Shown here: one piece after another, positions 18,972 through 28,405 of the stretch
Numbering within the stretch: the stretch's first letter is position 1
How the letters are laid out: every line of letters begins with the position of its first letter
Origin: an uncultured Candidatus Saccharibacteria bacterium
Lineage (GTDB): Bacteria; Patescibacteriota; Doudnabacteria; UBA920
Reading direction: 5' to 3'
DNA: 64,000 nucleotides
Assembly (NCBI GenBank): GCA_964650255.1
Contig: CAZYQT010000005.1
Coordinates: 2,006 to 66,005 of the forward strand
Notes under the pieces: model-generated
Told to the model about the DNA's origin: nothing
What the model saw: the letters and a program-made list of their open reading frames with translations, nothing else
Databases searched by the model: none
Translations under genes and position numbers: made by a program

Positions 18972-19874
18972 TCACAATCTAACAGATTTTTGATAATCAG
19001 TCAACCATTCGATATTATTATTGCGTTTCCACCAAGTCATTTGGCGCTTGGTGTATTTTTTAATGGCGCTAAATAATTGCTCTTCCATTTCTTGCCTGGA
19101 GAGTTTGCCTTGCAAAAATAAAGCACAATATTTATATTCCAAACCAAAACTTTCTAACTTCTTCCATGACAGTCCCGAGGCACGAAGTTTCTTCACTTCT
19201 GCGACCATGCCCTGCTTAAGTCGCGACCTCAAGCGTTTTTGAATATTTCTTTCCAGTTTTTCTTTTCCTGGGTTCAGGCCAATCCACTCAACTGTATAGT
19301 TTGATGACTGCTTCAGCTTTGGCACTGGCTTTCCGGTAGACATTACAATTTCCAAGGCACGCATTAATCTACGGGGGTTTTTAGCATCAATTTCCTTAGC
19401 CCTTTTGGGATCGAGCTGTTGTAATAATTTATACATTTCAGTTGTAGTAAGAGATGAGAGTTTTGCCCGGAGTTTGATATTGGGTTTTACTTCGGGCAAA
19501 ACCTTGCCAAATACTACTGCATCGACCCAATGGGCTGTACCACCACAAATAATTGGCATTTTGCCTCGCGCGTAGATGTCATCAATAATTTTTTTGGCTT
19601 TGCGCTGAAATTGCGCTACAGAATACTGCCGCAAAGGCGAAGCCTCATCAATTAGGTGGTGGGGGATATTTTTATACACAAAAACTTTATGGCCTTCGCG
19701 CAAAAGCCACTTGCCAGACACTTTGCCTGAACCAATATTCATTCCTTTGTAAATTTGCCTGGAGTCAGCGGAAATAATTTCGCCATGGATTTTTTTTGCA
19801 AGCTTTACAGCAAACTCGCTTTTCCCGGAGGAAGTTGGGCCAACAACGGCGATTAAAGATTTTTTCAGATTCAT
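18972..19874 (-). CDS. miaA: tRNA dimethylallyltransferase
   Basis: P-loop AVVGPTSSGKS and IPT-family core (ISADSRQIYKGMNIGS...GGTAHWVDAVV). Confidence 0.9.
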   Translation of the reverse strand: MNLKKSLIAVVGPTSSGKSEFAVKLAKKIHGEIISADSRQIYKGMNIGSGKVSGKWLLREGHKVFVYKNIPHHLIDEASPLRQYSVAQFQRKAKKIIDDIYARGKMPIICGGTAHWVDAVVFGKVLPEVKPNIKLRAKLSSLTTTEMYKLLQQLDPKRAKEIDAKNPRRLMRALEIVMSTGKPVPKLKQSSNYTVEWIGLNPGKEKLERNIQKRLRSRLKQGMVAEVKKLRASGLSWKKLESFGLEYKYCALFLQGKLSRQEMEEQLFSAIKKYTKRQMTWWKRNNNIEWLTDYQKSVRL

Positions 19875-19914
19875 ATGATATGATTAAAGCACTGTAATAA
19901 TTAATATAACATAA

Positions 19915-20415
19915 ATGAATTCAAAGTACCTTTTTACCGCCATCGCTGTGGTAATCGTGGCTATCATCGCCTTGTTTATTTACAATAATAAGAACAAGAC
20001 CGATGTAGCCAGCCAAACCAACTCTGCTACGAATATGAACACCGAGCAGCAGAATAATAGCAACGAAGCTATGGCTAATACTAACGCAACAATAAACACT
20101 AACACCTCGGAGCAAACCAATACTCCAGATGGTAATGATGTCGCTGTATTCGAAGTTGCCTACGATGGCAAAGCTTACTCCCCATCACAATTGAAAATTA
20201 AGAATGGCGATGTAGTGGTGTTCAAAAATGAAAGCACCGAAAGCTTTTGGCCAGCATCCGCACCACACCCTACACATACCATTTACCCAGAGTTTGACCC
20301 GAAAAAGTCTTATGGTCCTGGTACATCATGGCAGTTTAAATTCACAAAGGTTGGTAGTTGGTCGTATCATGATCACTTAAACCCTTCTGCGTTTGGCAAG
20401 ATTATGGTTGAATAA
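19915..20415 (+). CDS. Membrane-anchored cupredoxin-like protein
   Basis: N-terminal TM, an Asn/Thr-rich linker, then a ~90 aa beta-sandwich-like domain (NGDVVVFKNEST...WSYHDHLNPSAFGKIMV) resembling EfeO/cupredoxin folds. Confidence 0.5.
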   Translation: MNSKYLFTAIAVVIVAIIALFIYNNKNKTDVASQTNSATNMNTEQQNNSNEAMANTNATINTNTSEQTNTPDGNDVAVFEVAYDGKAYSPSQLKIKNGDVVVFKNESTESFWPASAPHPTHTIYPEFDPKKSYGPGTSWQFKFTKVGSWSYHDHLNPSAFGKIMVE

Positions 20416-20428
20416 ATGAATCTGTTAA

Positions 20429-20455
20429 AACCGCCCACTTGGGCGGTTTTGTTTT
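20429..20455 (+). terminator. Rho-independent terminator
   Basis: AACCGCCCA-ctt-GGGCGGTT followed by TTGTTTT. Confidence 0.65.
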
Positions 20456-20489
20456 AAAGGCAATAAATGGTATAATTTATGGGAGTTTT

Positions 20490-21194
20490 ATGGACATTGA
20501 TACTAAATTACAATCATTTTTACAGGCAAAAGATGGTATACCCCACGCGTTTTTGTTTTTGGGCAATCCGCAGGTAGGCTTAGATGTGGCGCACGATTTT
20601 GCAGCCAAGGTTTCTGGCCAAAAATTTCCGAATGCAGATACAGTTATTTTTGATGCTGCCAATGGAGATGGCGTTCAAGGTATTCGTGAAGTTTTGCAAT
20701 TATCTGCCCTTATGCCAGTAGCTGCATCAAAAAAAGTTGTCCTTATGACTAATATGGATGCCGCCAGTGCGCAAATGCTTAATGCGTTGCTTAAAACCTT
20801 AGAAGAACCTACCCAGCACACAGTGTTTATTTTACTTTCCGACAGGCCGTTGCTTTCCACAGTTATGTCTCGTTGCCAAGTTATTAATTTGCCGAAAAGT
20901 GAATTTGAAACAGAAGCTTCTGCAAAACTTACCGAAGCAGTAGCGCTCTTAGAGACAAATCGCAGTGCTGGTCTTGCCGAACGAATGGCTTTGGTGAGCA
21001 CTCTCGCTAGTTTAGAAGATGACTTGTTGCCCCGAGTAATAGAGCGGTGGCTAGAGCTACAAACTCAGGAATTAAAAAAAGAACCGCAAAAATTTAAAGC
21101 CGTCCGAGCTAGTCTTGAAACTCTTCAAGCCTTACGCGGAAATTTTAATAAAAAAATGGTGTTGCAAAGTTTTGTAACATCAGGATTGGTTTAA
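20490..21194 (+). CDS. holB: DNA polymerase III delta' subunit-like (clamp loader)
   Basis: AAA+ clamp-loader pattern (HAFLFLGNPQVGLDVA...LKTLEEPTQHTVFILLSDRPLLSTVMSRCQVINL). I moved the start to MDIDTK because the track start overlaps the upstream terminator. TGgTATAAT lies at 20466-20474 and a GGGAG RBS precedes the ATG. Confidence 0.7.
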   Translation: MDIDTKLQSFLQAKDGIPHAFLFLGNPQVGLDVAHDFAAKVSGQKFPNADTVIFDAANGDGVQGIREVLQLSALMPVAASKKVVLMTNMDAASAQMLNALLKTLEEPTQHTVFILLSDRPLLSTVMSRCQVINLPKSEFETEASAKLTEAVALLETNRSAGLAERMALVSTLASLEDDLLPRVIERWLELQTQELKKEPQKFKAVRASLETLQALRGNFNKKMVLQSFVTSGLV

Positions 21195-21206
21195 ATTAAA
21201 ATCAAA

Positions 21207-22259
21207 ATGAAAAAATATATTCTCTTGCTAATTTGCGCCCTATCTTTAACTGCAGCTTCGTGCGACTTGTTCCCGCAAAAAACAGCGGGGATAATTAAAA
21301 CTTCAAACGGCGGTGTAGACTGGCAGGCTACTAATAATCTAAAAGACAACACCGGCACCATTGCTGGCCTAAGTATTTCTAACCTTGCTTTTGATCCTCA
21401 GGCTACTGACATTTTGTATACCAGCAGTTACAACGCTGGCTTGTATAAATCTACTGACGGAGGCGCTAGTTGGGAACAAATTCTTGGTCAAATTCCAGTA
21501 GTGGATTTCGTTGTGCATCCAAATGACTCAAATACAATTTACGCTGCTGGGTATTTCGAAGAGCGGGGCCGGGCGTTAGTCACAAAAGATGGTGGGAAAT
21601 CTTGGAATGCTATTTATAGCTCGGCAACTACTAACACTGCGGTAAGAGCAATTGCGCTTAACCCAAATAATACTTCGCAGGTGGTAATGGGGCTGTCGTC
21701 CGGAGAATTAATTATGAGTGCCGATGGCGGAGCAACCTGGCGACTTGTACAAAGTTATAACGACCGCATTAATAAAATTGTATGGAATAACGAAGGGCTA
21801 TATGTATTAATTAAAGCCACGGGAATTTCCAAATCTAATGATGGCGGCAACACTTTCCAGCTCATAACCTCTAGCTTGCAATCCGCTGGTAATACCAGTA
21901 CGCTGTCTATATTCGGGGACACTATAACGGCCTATAACCAAATGGCAATTAGTACTTCCAATACTAGCCTCATCTACTTAACTACTAACTTGGGGCTATA
22001 TCGATCTCAAAATGGCGGCATCTCATGGCAGTTTGTGAGCATGCCACTGCGCCAACAATCACTTGCCCCAACTGCAGTAGCAATTGCGCGATCGAGTGAT
22101 AATGTAGTCTATGTGAGCGCTAATAGTATTATTTACAAAACTACAGACGCTGGCAGTTCGTGGTCGTCATCTGATACACAGACCAATGGCTTAATAAATG
22201 CGATCTTGATTAACCCTGATTTGCCGCAAGCCGCTTACGCCGGAGTGTACGCAAAATAA
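21207..22259 (+). CDS. BNR/Asp-box repeat lipoprotein (Ycf48/sialidase-like beta-propeller)
   Basis: Lipobox LTAASC and six repeats of the (S/T)xDGGxxW type (TSNGGVDW, TDGGASW, KDGGKSW, ADGGATW, NDGGNTF, QNGGISW, TDAGSSW). Confidence 0.65.
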   Translation: MKKYILLLICALSLTAASCDLFPQKTAGIIKTSNGGVDWQATNNLKDNTGTIAGLSISNLAFDPQATDILYTSSYNAGLYKSTDGGASWEQILGQIPVVDFVVHPNDSNTIYAAGYFEERGRALVTKDGGKSWNAIYSSATTNTAVRAIALNPNNTSQVVMGLSSGELIMSADGGATWRLVQSYNDRINKIVWNNEGLYVLIKATGISKSNDGGNTFQLITSSLQSAGNTSTLSIFGDTITAYNQMAISTSNTSLIYLTTNLGLYRSQNGGISWQFVSMPLRQQSLAPTAVAIARSSDNVVYVSANSIIYKTTDAGSSWSSSDTQTNGLINAILINPDLPQAAYAGVYAK

Positions 22260-22283
22260 TTATTAATAATTTAGATTTTCTTT

Positions 22284-22841
22284 ATGTTCGATTCGATTCT
22301 CGCAACCCACAAACCACAATTTGAAAAAACCATGGAGCACTTTCACCATGAACTGTCTTCAGTGCGCACGGGTCGTGCTAACCCGGCATTGCTCGGAACA
22401 GTAATGGTAGACAGCTACGGATCTAAAGTACCAATACAGCAAGTTGCAAACATTACTGTGTCCGATGCTAAAACTTTAACTATTAGCCCATGGGACAAAG
22501 GCCAGATTCAAGAAATTGAAAAAGGCATTATGGCTGCCAATTTAGGCTTTACTCCAAGTAATGATGGTAATGTTGTGCGCATTAATTTGCCGCCGCTTAC
22601 AGAAGATCGTCGCAAAGAAATGGTAAAGCTAGTTGGGCAGATTGCGGAAAATGCTAAAATTGGAATTCGGCAAGTTAGGGAAGATATTTTGAAAGCAGTA
22701 AAACGCGAAGAGTCCGAAGGCAGCGCTACTAAAGATGATGTGGCATCAGCTCAAAAGAAAGTCCAGGAAGTAATTGATGATTACAACAAGCAGATCAAAG
22801 AAATCGCTGAAGAAAAAGAAAAAGAATTAATGACTGTTTAA
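22284..22841 (+). CDS. frr: Ribosome recycling factor
   Basis: 185 aa with the typical RRF sequence (SVRTGRANPALL...VRINLPPLTEDRRKEMVK). Confidence 0.9.
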   Translation: MFDSILATHKPQFEKTMEHFHHELSSVRTGRANPALLGTVMVDSYGSKVPIQQVANITVSDAKTLTISPWDKGQIQEIEKGIMAANLGFTPSNDGNVVRINLPPLTEDRRKEMVKLVGQIAENAKIGIRQVREDILKAVKREESEGSATKDDVASAQKKVQEVIDDYNKQIKEIAEEKEKELMTV

Positions 22842-23980
22842 TGATAATAACAATACTAATTTTTCTACTAGTCCTTTCTCTGCTCGTATTCGTTCACGAA
22901 CTCGGGCATTTTGTCGTGGCCAAACGCAGCGGCATGAAAGTGCACGAGTTTGGATTTGGTTTCCCGCCACGTATGTTTGGTATTCAAAAGGTTGGCGGTA
23001 AATGGAAAATGGTTTGGGGTTACAAAGATACCAAGACTGATGATACAGTGTACTCAATAAACTGGATCCCCCTCGGCGGTTTCGTAAAAATTATGGGTGA
23101 AGATAATGAAACAGCTGAAGATGAGCGCAGTTTTGTACGTAAACCATTCTGGCCGCGCTTTGCAACTTTAGTTGCTGGTGTGGTCATGAATTTTTTGCTC
23201 GCCGGTGTGTTGCTTGGAATAGGGTATATGTCTGGACTTCCTGTTGCCGTGGAGTCAATGGATCAAATTCCTCAGAATGCGCAGTTTAAAGATCGCCATG
23301 TAGCCATTATTGGAGTTGGTGAAGGCACCCCTGCGGAAAAGGCAGGGATTTTGCCAAGTGATATTATTCAATCAGTTAATGGTCAAACTTTTGATACAGT
23401 GGAAGCCTTGCAGGCATATATAAAAGAACACAAGGGTGAGAAACAATCATTCACAATTCAGCGGGTCAATGAAACTAAAACTATAGAAGTTGAAACTTTA
23501 TCTGAACCAAAAGAAGGTCAGGGCGTGGTAGGGGTTGGCCTGGCTTTGTATGGTAAGTTGAGTTTTTCGCCATTGCCCGCTATCGGGCAAGGCTTTAAAA
23601 CAGCTTGGGAGCAGCTCAGTAACATTGCCAGTGGTTTGTACCATTTGTTTACAGCTGGCGAAGGCTTAAAGAGTTTGGGCGGTCCAGTAAAAATTGCGCA
23701 GATCACTGGGCAGGTGGCAGATTTAGGTATAATTCCTTTGCTGCAATTTGCCGCATTCCTTTCTTTGAACTTAGCGCTACTGAACATTTTGCCAATTCCG
23801 GCTCTTGATGGCGGTCGCGTGATGTTCCTTATCATTGAAAAAATTCGCGGCAAAGCAAATAATCCCAAAATTGAGCAGTATGCCAATGCGATTGGCTTCA
23901 TGGTGCTAATTTTGTTAATGTTGGTTATTTCAGCCCGCGACGTATGGCAGCTTGAATCAATTAAAAACTTGTTTAACTAA
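22841..23980 (+). CDS. rseP: RIP metalloprotease RseP (site-2 protease, M50)
   Basis: HELGHFVVAK at the N-terminus, a PDZ domain, and the LDGG motif near the C-terminus. Confidence 0.85.
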   Translation: MIITILIFLLVLSLLVFVHELGHFVVAKRSGMKVHEFGFGFPPRMFGIQKVGGKWKMVWGYKDTKTDDTVYSINWIPLGGFVKIMGEDNETAEDERSFVRKPFWPRFATLVAGVVMNFLLAGVLLGIGYMSGLPVAVESMDQIPQNAQFKDRHVAIIGVGEGTPAEKAGILPSDIIQSVNGQTFDTVEALQAYIKEHKGEKQSFTIQRVNETKTIEVETLSEPKEGQGVVGVGLALYGKLSFSPLPAIGQGFKTAWEQLSNIASGLYHLFTAGEGLKSLGGPVKIAQITGQVADLGIIPLLQFAAFLSLNLALLNILPIPALDGGRVMFLIIEKIRGKANNPKIEQYANAIGFMVLILLMLVISARDVWQLESIKNLFN

Positions 23981-23981
23981 T

Positions 23982-25436
23982 ATGGCAGATTTTAAAAAAA
24001 GAGATTTAACTCCAAAATCCGAAAACATTTCAGAGTGGTACAACGACGTGGTTGTTCGTGGTGACTTAGCGGATTACTCCGACGTTAAGGGTAGTATGAT
24101 CATCAAGCCAAATGGTTATGCGATTTGGGAAGCTGTCCAGAAAAACTTAGATGCGAAGTTTAAAGAAGCTGGTGTTAAAAATGTTTACTTCCCAATGTTT
24201 ATTCCAATGAGTTTGCTGCAAAAAGAAAAAGATCACTTGGAAGGTTTTTCTCCAGAGCTTGCTGTTGTAACTCATGCTGGCGGTGAAGAGTTGAGCGAAC
24301 CTTATGCGGTCCGTCCGACTTCGGAAACAATTATGTACGATACTTTTGCCAAATGGATTAAGAGTTATCGTGATTTGCCTTTGCTTGTAAACCAGTGGTG
24401 TAATGTGGTGCGTTGGGAAAAGCGCACGCATCCGTTTTTGCGCACTTCGGAATTTTTGTGGCAAGAAGGCCATACTGTTCATAAAACCGCAGATGAAGCC
24501 AAAGAAATGGCTTTGAAAGCATTGAATTGGTACAAAGAATTTTACGAAAATGTGTTTGCGATTTCTCCTTTCGTAGGAATTAAAAGTGATAGCGAACGGT
24601 TTGCTGGTGCGAAACAAACTTATACAATCGAGCTGGTGATGCCAGATGGTAAAGCTTTGCAGGCTGCAACATCACATGATTTGTCGGACAACTTTTCCAA
24701 AGTGTTTAACATTGAATTTTTGAATGATAGTAACGAAAAGGTGAATCCATTTCAAACTTCTTGGGGCCTTTCTACTCGTTCTATCGGTGGTCTAATTTTA
24801 GTTCATGGTGATGATGCAGGTCTTGTGTTGCCTCCAAACGTTGCTCCAACTCAAGTTGTTATTGTAGCTTTGGGTGATAAAGATGCAAGCAAGCAAGAAG
24901 AGTTAAATAAATATGTATCAAAAATAGCTGAACAGTTAAAGTCTGTTGGCGTGCGCGTAATTGTTGATGACGATAATTCGCAGAGCATGGGATCACGTAT
25001 TAATAAATGGGAACTTCAAGGCGTGCCACTTCGTTTTGAAATTGGTGGTAAGGAAATGGCGCACAATGAAGTTACTTGGGTGCGCCGTGATACTTTTGAA
25101 AAGGGGAAGATGAATGCAGATAGTGTAGCCAAGGAAATCCCACAGGTTATTTCTTATATACAAGAGCAGATGCTCGAGAAGTCTAAGAAGATTAAAAGCG
25201 ATTTAACTGCTGAGGCAAAAGATTTTGATGAGTATAAAAACATTCTCGAAACTAAGCGATCATTTGTGCGCGTGTATTGGTGTGAAGAAGCTGAATGCGA
25301 AGCCAAAGTAAAACAAGAAACTAAATCTACTACTCGCTGTTTGGAACTTGAAAACATAGACATGGAAGAATCCGCGGTGTGCTTCCACTGCGGCAAACCA
25401 GCCAAACGCAAGTGGCTATTTGGAATGAGTTATTAG
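23982..25436 (+). CDS. proS: Proline--tRNA ligase, archaeal/eukaryotic-type class II
   Basis: Class II motifs, ProRS core and a C-terminal Zn-binding CxxC...CxxC domain. No bacterial-type insertion or editing domain. The start is MADFKKRD immediately after the rseP stop. Confidence 0.9.
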   Translation: MADFKKRDLTPKSENISEWYNDVVVRGDLADYSDVKGSMIIKPNGYAIWEAVQKNLDAKFKEAGVKNVYFPMFIPMSLLQKEKDHLEGFSPELAVVTHAGGEELSEPYAVRPTSETIMYDTFAKWIKSYRDLPLLVNQWCNVVRWEKRTHPFLRTSEFLWQEGHTVHKTADEAKEMALKALNWYKEFYENVFAISPFVGIKSDSERFAGAKQTYTIELVMPDGKALQAATSHDLSDNFSKVFNIEFLNDSNEKVNPFQTSWGLSTRSIGGLILVHGDDAGLVLPPNVAPTQVVIVALGDKDASKQEELNKYVSKIAEQLKSVGVRVIVDDDNSQSMGSRINKWELQGVPLRFEIGGKEMAHNEVTWVRRDTFEKGKMNADSVAKEIPQVISYIQEQMLEKSKKIKSDLTAEAKDFDEYKNILETKRSFVRVYWCEEAECEAKVKQETKSTTRCLELENIDMEESAVCFHCGKPAKRKWLFGMSY

Positions 25437-25508
25437 CTTGCTTTATTGCCTGTCCTGTTCTATTATTATCCCATTCGCTCAAAACTCAAATCTTAGGAGG
25501 TAAGATTT

Positions 25509-25820
25509 ATGCCAGGACATGCACGAGCTTACAAATTATGGTTACTTTTAGTTGTTGTTTTACTGTCTACCCCAATAACTAATGAATTTGGTGTGGCGGC
25601 TGGATTCGCACTATTCATTACCGGTGATTTTTTTATGGATCATACCACTCATCTGCGTCAACACCATGGTGAAAATGACGGCAATCCGCCGCCTGAAACC
25701 GCGATTGAGAGGTGGATGTTAAAACACCATATTGTTTCTCGCGTTTTAGGGGCTGCGTTACTTATACCAGGCTTCCTGATACTTTGTTCCTACATAACAA
25801 GGATAATAAAAATACGCTGA
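25509..25820 (+). CDS. Hypothetical small membrane protein (103 aa)
   Basis: Strong SD AGGAGGT 7 nt upstream, two TM helices, and a hairpin with a T-run downstream (25846-25885). Confidence 0.45.
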   Translation: MPGHARAYKLWLLLVVVLLSTPITNEFGVAAGFALFITGDFFMDHTTHLRQHHGENDGNPPPETAIERWMLKHHIVSRVLGAALLIPGFLILCSYITRIIKIR

Positions 25821-25896
25821 TTTTCATCAGTTTACATCCCCCTAAATTCCAGCTAATATAGATAGAGACGCTGGAATTTTTGATTAAAAATACTTC

Positions 25897-26949
25897 ATGT
25901 TTGAACCCATATTTAAGCGCTTTTCCCAGGATTTGGGAATCGATTTAGGAACCGCCAATACCCTCGTCTATGTTAAAGGCAAGGGCATTGTTATTAATGA
26001 GCCATCTGTGGTCGCTGTGAACCAGCGCACAAAGCAGATTTTGGCTATCGGCTCTGATGCCCAGCGCATGGTCGGCCGCACCCCTTCTCATATCGTTGCA
26101 ACTCGCCCTCTTGTTGATGGTGTGATTTCTGATTTTGAAATTACCGAAGCCATGCTTCGCTACTTTATTGATAAAGTTCACAATCAAACTTATTCTTTTT
26201 TGCGTCGCCCTCGCGTGGTTATTGGAATTCCATCAGGAGTAACAGAAGTAGAGAAGCGCGCTGTGCAAGATGCTGCAATTAACGCTGGCGCGCGAGAGGC
26301 TTACTTAATAGAAGAACCGATGGCTGCTTCCATTGGCGCACGTCTTCCAGTGCAAGAAGCGCAAGGCTCCATGATTGTAGATATTGGCGGCGGTACTACA
26401 GAAATTGCAGTGCTGTCTTTGGGTGGTGTTGTAATTGCTCGTAGCGTGCGTATTGCCGGCGATGCCATGAACGAACACATTGTGCAGTACGCGCGAGATC
26501 ATTTTGGTATGCTCATTGGTATTCGCACTGCTGAAGAAGTGAAATTAAAAGTCGGCTCCTGCTATCCATTGCCAGAACCACTTGCTGCGCAGCTTCGCGG
26601 CCGCGATCTTGTATCGGGATTGCCAAAAGAAATTACAGTCACAGATTCGCACATTCGCGAAGCGCTTCAACCAGCGATTAAAGTGATTATCAACAACATC
26701 AAAGCGATTATTGAAGAGATTCCGCCGGAAATTATTTCTGATATTATGCACCGCGGCATTGTGATTGCTGGCGGCGGCGCTATGCTTCGCGGCTTCGACG
26801 AACTAGTTCAGGATGAAACTCAAATGCCAGTGACAATTGCTGATGATCCCTTAACTTGTGTTGTGCGCGGTACCGGCATAGTAGTAGAAGATCTTGAAAG
26901 CCTCAAAGACGTGCTTTTGCCCACAGATTTCTCTCGCATTCCTCGTTAG
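25897..26949 (+). CDS. mreB: Rod shape-determining protein MreB
   Basis: Actin-like ATPase motifs (GIDLGTANTLVY, DIGGGTTEIAV). Confidence 0.9.
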   Translation: MFEPIFKRFSQDLGIDLGTANTLVYVKGKGIVINEPSVVAVNQRTKQILAIGSDAQRMVGRTPSHIVATRPLVDGVISDFEITEAMLRYFIDKVHNQTYSFLRRPRVVIGIPSGVTEVEKRAVQDAAINAGAREAYLIEEPMAASIGARLPVQEAQGSMIVDIGGGTTEIAVLSLGGVVIARSVRIAGDAMNEHIVQYARDHFGMLIGIRTAEEVKLKVGSCYPLPEPLAAQLRGRDLVSGLPKEITVTDSHIREALQPAIKVIINNIKAIIEEIPPEIISDIMHRGIVIAGGGAMLRGFDELVQDETQMPVTIADDPLTCVVRGTGIVVEDLESLKDVLLPTDFSRIPR

Positions 26950-27056
26950 TATTTTGGAAAGTTGTTGGCTAAGCAGGGGGTAAGCTAGCGCCAGGCTGCG
27001 TAAGCAGCCGAGAGCGCCCTCTGCGTGCCAATAACTTTCCTATCAATAAAACAAAT

Positions 27057-27857
27057 ATGAGATTCATCTATTCAAAAACTTTTTTAGCATTTGCCAGCGT
27101 TTTGGTTCTGATAGTCATAGGCCTGGTGATGCAAGCCAAAGGTTGGCTGCAGCCAATTGAATATGCACTTCTACAAGCACCACGACCAGTTTCTAATGTT
27201 GTGCGTAGTGTTGCTAATCCCATTCACACCTTTTTCTCTACTTTAGGATCTTTGCGCGGCGTAGTTAGAGAAAATGCCACACTTAGAAACCAAGTGGCAC
27301 AGCTGCAACAGCAACAGGTCCAATACGATAAACTCAAAAGTGACAACGACATCCTGCGCGATGAATTAAAATTTAAAGCCCAATCAAAACAAGTGCTCGA
27401 GCCGTGCACAGTGCTATCAATCGACCCACAGGAATTATCCGACGCAATGGTCTTAAGTTGCGGCAAAGAGCAGGGAATCGAAGAAGGCCAAGCCGTAATC
27501 AGCCAAGGCTACATGATTGCCAAAGTTGCTTACGTCGGCAGCTACACCACAACAGCGCTGCTTATTTCCAATGCGCAGTCATCAATCGATGCCAAGCTTT
27601 CTAAAAACAACACGGAAGGTGTTTTGAAAGGCTCGTTTGGATCGGGAATGGTTTTTGATAAAATTTCTCAAAATGCCGATGTGCAGCCGGGCGATTTAGT
27701 TGTTACCGCAGGAATTAATCCGCGCATCCCTAAGGATATTTTAATCGGTCAGATTGGAACCATACTGTCTGGCTCTAACGATTTGTTCAAAAGAATGAGT
27801 GTAACATCGCCGGTGCGTCAACGCGCAGTGGAGTTTGTCTATGTAGTTAAACAATAA
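27057..27857 (+). CDS. mreC: Rod shape-determining protein MreC
   Basis: N-terminal TM, coiled coil (ENATLRNQVAQLQQQQVQYDKLKSDNDILRDEL) and a C-terminal beta-domain. Position is after mreB. Confidence 0.8.
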   Translation: MRFIYSKTFLAFASVLVLIVIGLVMQAKGWLQPIEYALLQAPRPVSNVVRSVANPIHTFFSTLGSLRGVVRENATLRNQVAQLQQQQVQYDKLKSDNDILRDELKFKAQSKQVLEPCTVLSIDPQELSDAMVLSCGKEQGIEEGQAVISQGYMIAKVAYVGSYTTTALLISNAQSSIDAKLSKNNTEGVLKGSFGSGMVFDKISQNADVQPGDLVVTAGINPRIPKDILIGQIGTILSGSNDLFKRMSVTSPVRQRAVEFVYVVKQ

Positions 27858-27868
27858 TCAATTCAACC

Positions 27869-28399
27869 TTGAGATATATAATTTACATAATTTTAATTGG
27901 TGCGATTGTTGGGATTACTTTTGGCTTGTTCAGCTCCTGGGGGTGGAACGGGTTAGTGCCAGATATGGTTTTGTTGGTTGTAATTGCCCTCTCAGTAATT
28001 TTTGATAATTTTGATTATTTGTTTGTGGCTGCCATTGGTGGGTTTTGGTTAGATGTTGTGTACGGCTTGCCGATTGGCAGCTTTACTATTCCTTTTGCTT
28101 TGTGTGGCGCAATTAGCAGTTACTTTTTGCGCAAATGGTTGTTTTCGGAATTTAGGTGGTATCACTTTGTGATGGCAATTGCAGTGGCAACGATTTTTGT
28201 AAAACTGTGGATTGGGTTTTATGGGAATATGCTGTTCTTGTTCCACTGGTTTTCATTCGGCATTTCCTGGAAACAACTGTTAGGAAATTTAATTTTCGGG
28301 GTTATCGCAAATGTAATTTTGGCTTATCCGATTTATGTAATAGTAGAAATGTTTGCCCGTAGTCAATTGCGCTGGCAAAAGCATCGCATTAGGTTATAA
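27869..28399 (+). CDS. mreD: Rod shape-determining protein MreD-like
   Basis: Five-TM small protein following mreC. Confidence 0.6.
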   Translation: MRYIIYIILIGAIVGITFGLFSSWGWNGLVPDMVLLVVIALSVIFDNFDYLFVAAIGGFWLDVVYGLPIGSFTIPFALCGAISSYFLRKWLFSEFRWYHFVMAIAVATIFVKLWIGFYGNMLFLFHWFSFGISWKQLLGNLIFGVIANVILAYPIYVIVEMFARSQLRWQKHRIRL

Positions 28400-28405
28400 A
28401 TTTTT

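Noticed and set aside
20439-20489. Track start of the holB-like ORF at 20439
   Set aside because: The first 17 codons overlap the cupredoxin gene terminator hairpin. A TGgTATAAT -10 and GGGAG RBS precede the internal ATG at 20490.
25846-25885. Hairpin AATTCCAGC...GCTGGAATT plus T-run after the small ORF at 25509-25820
   Set aside because: The 16 nt loop is long for an intrinsic terminator. It is plausible but weaker than the others, so it is mentioned in the feature evidence rather than listed separately.
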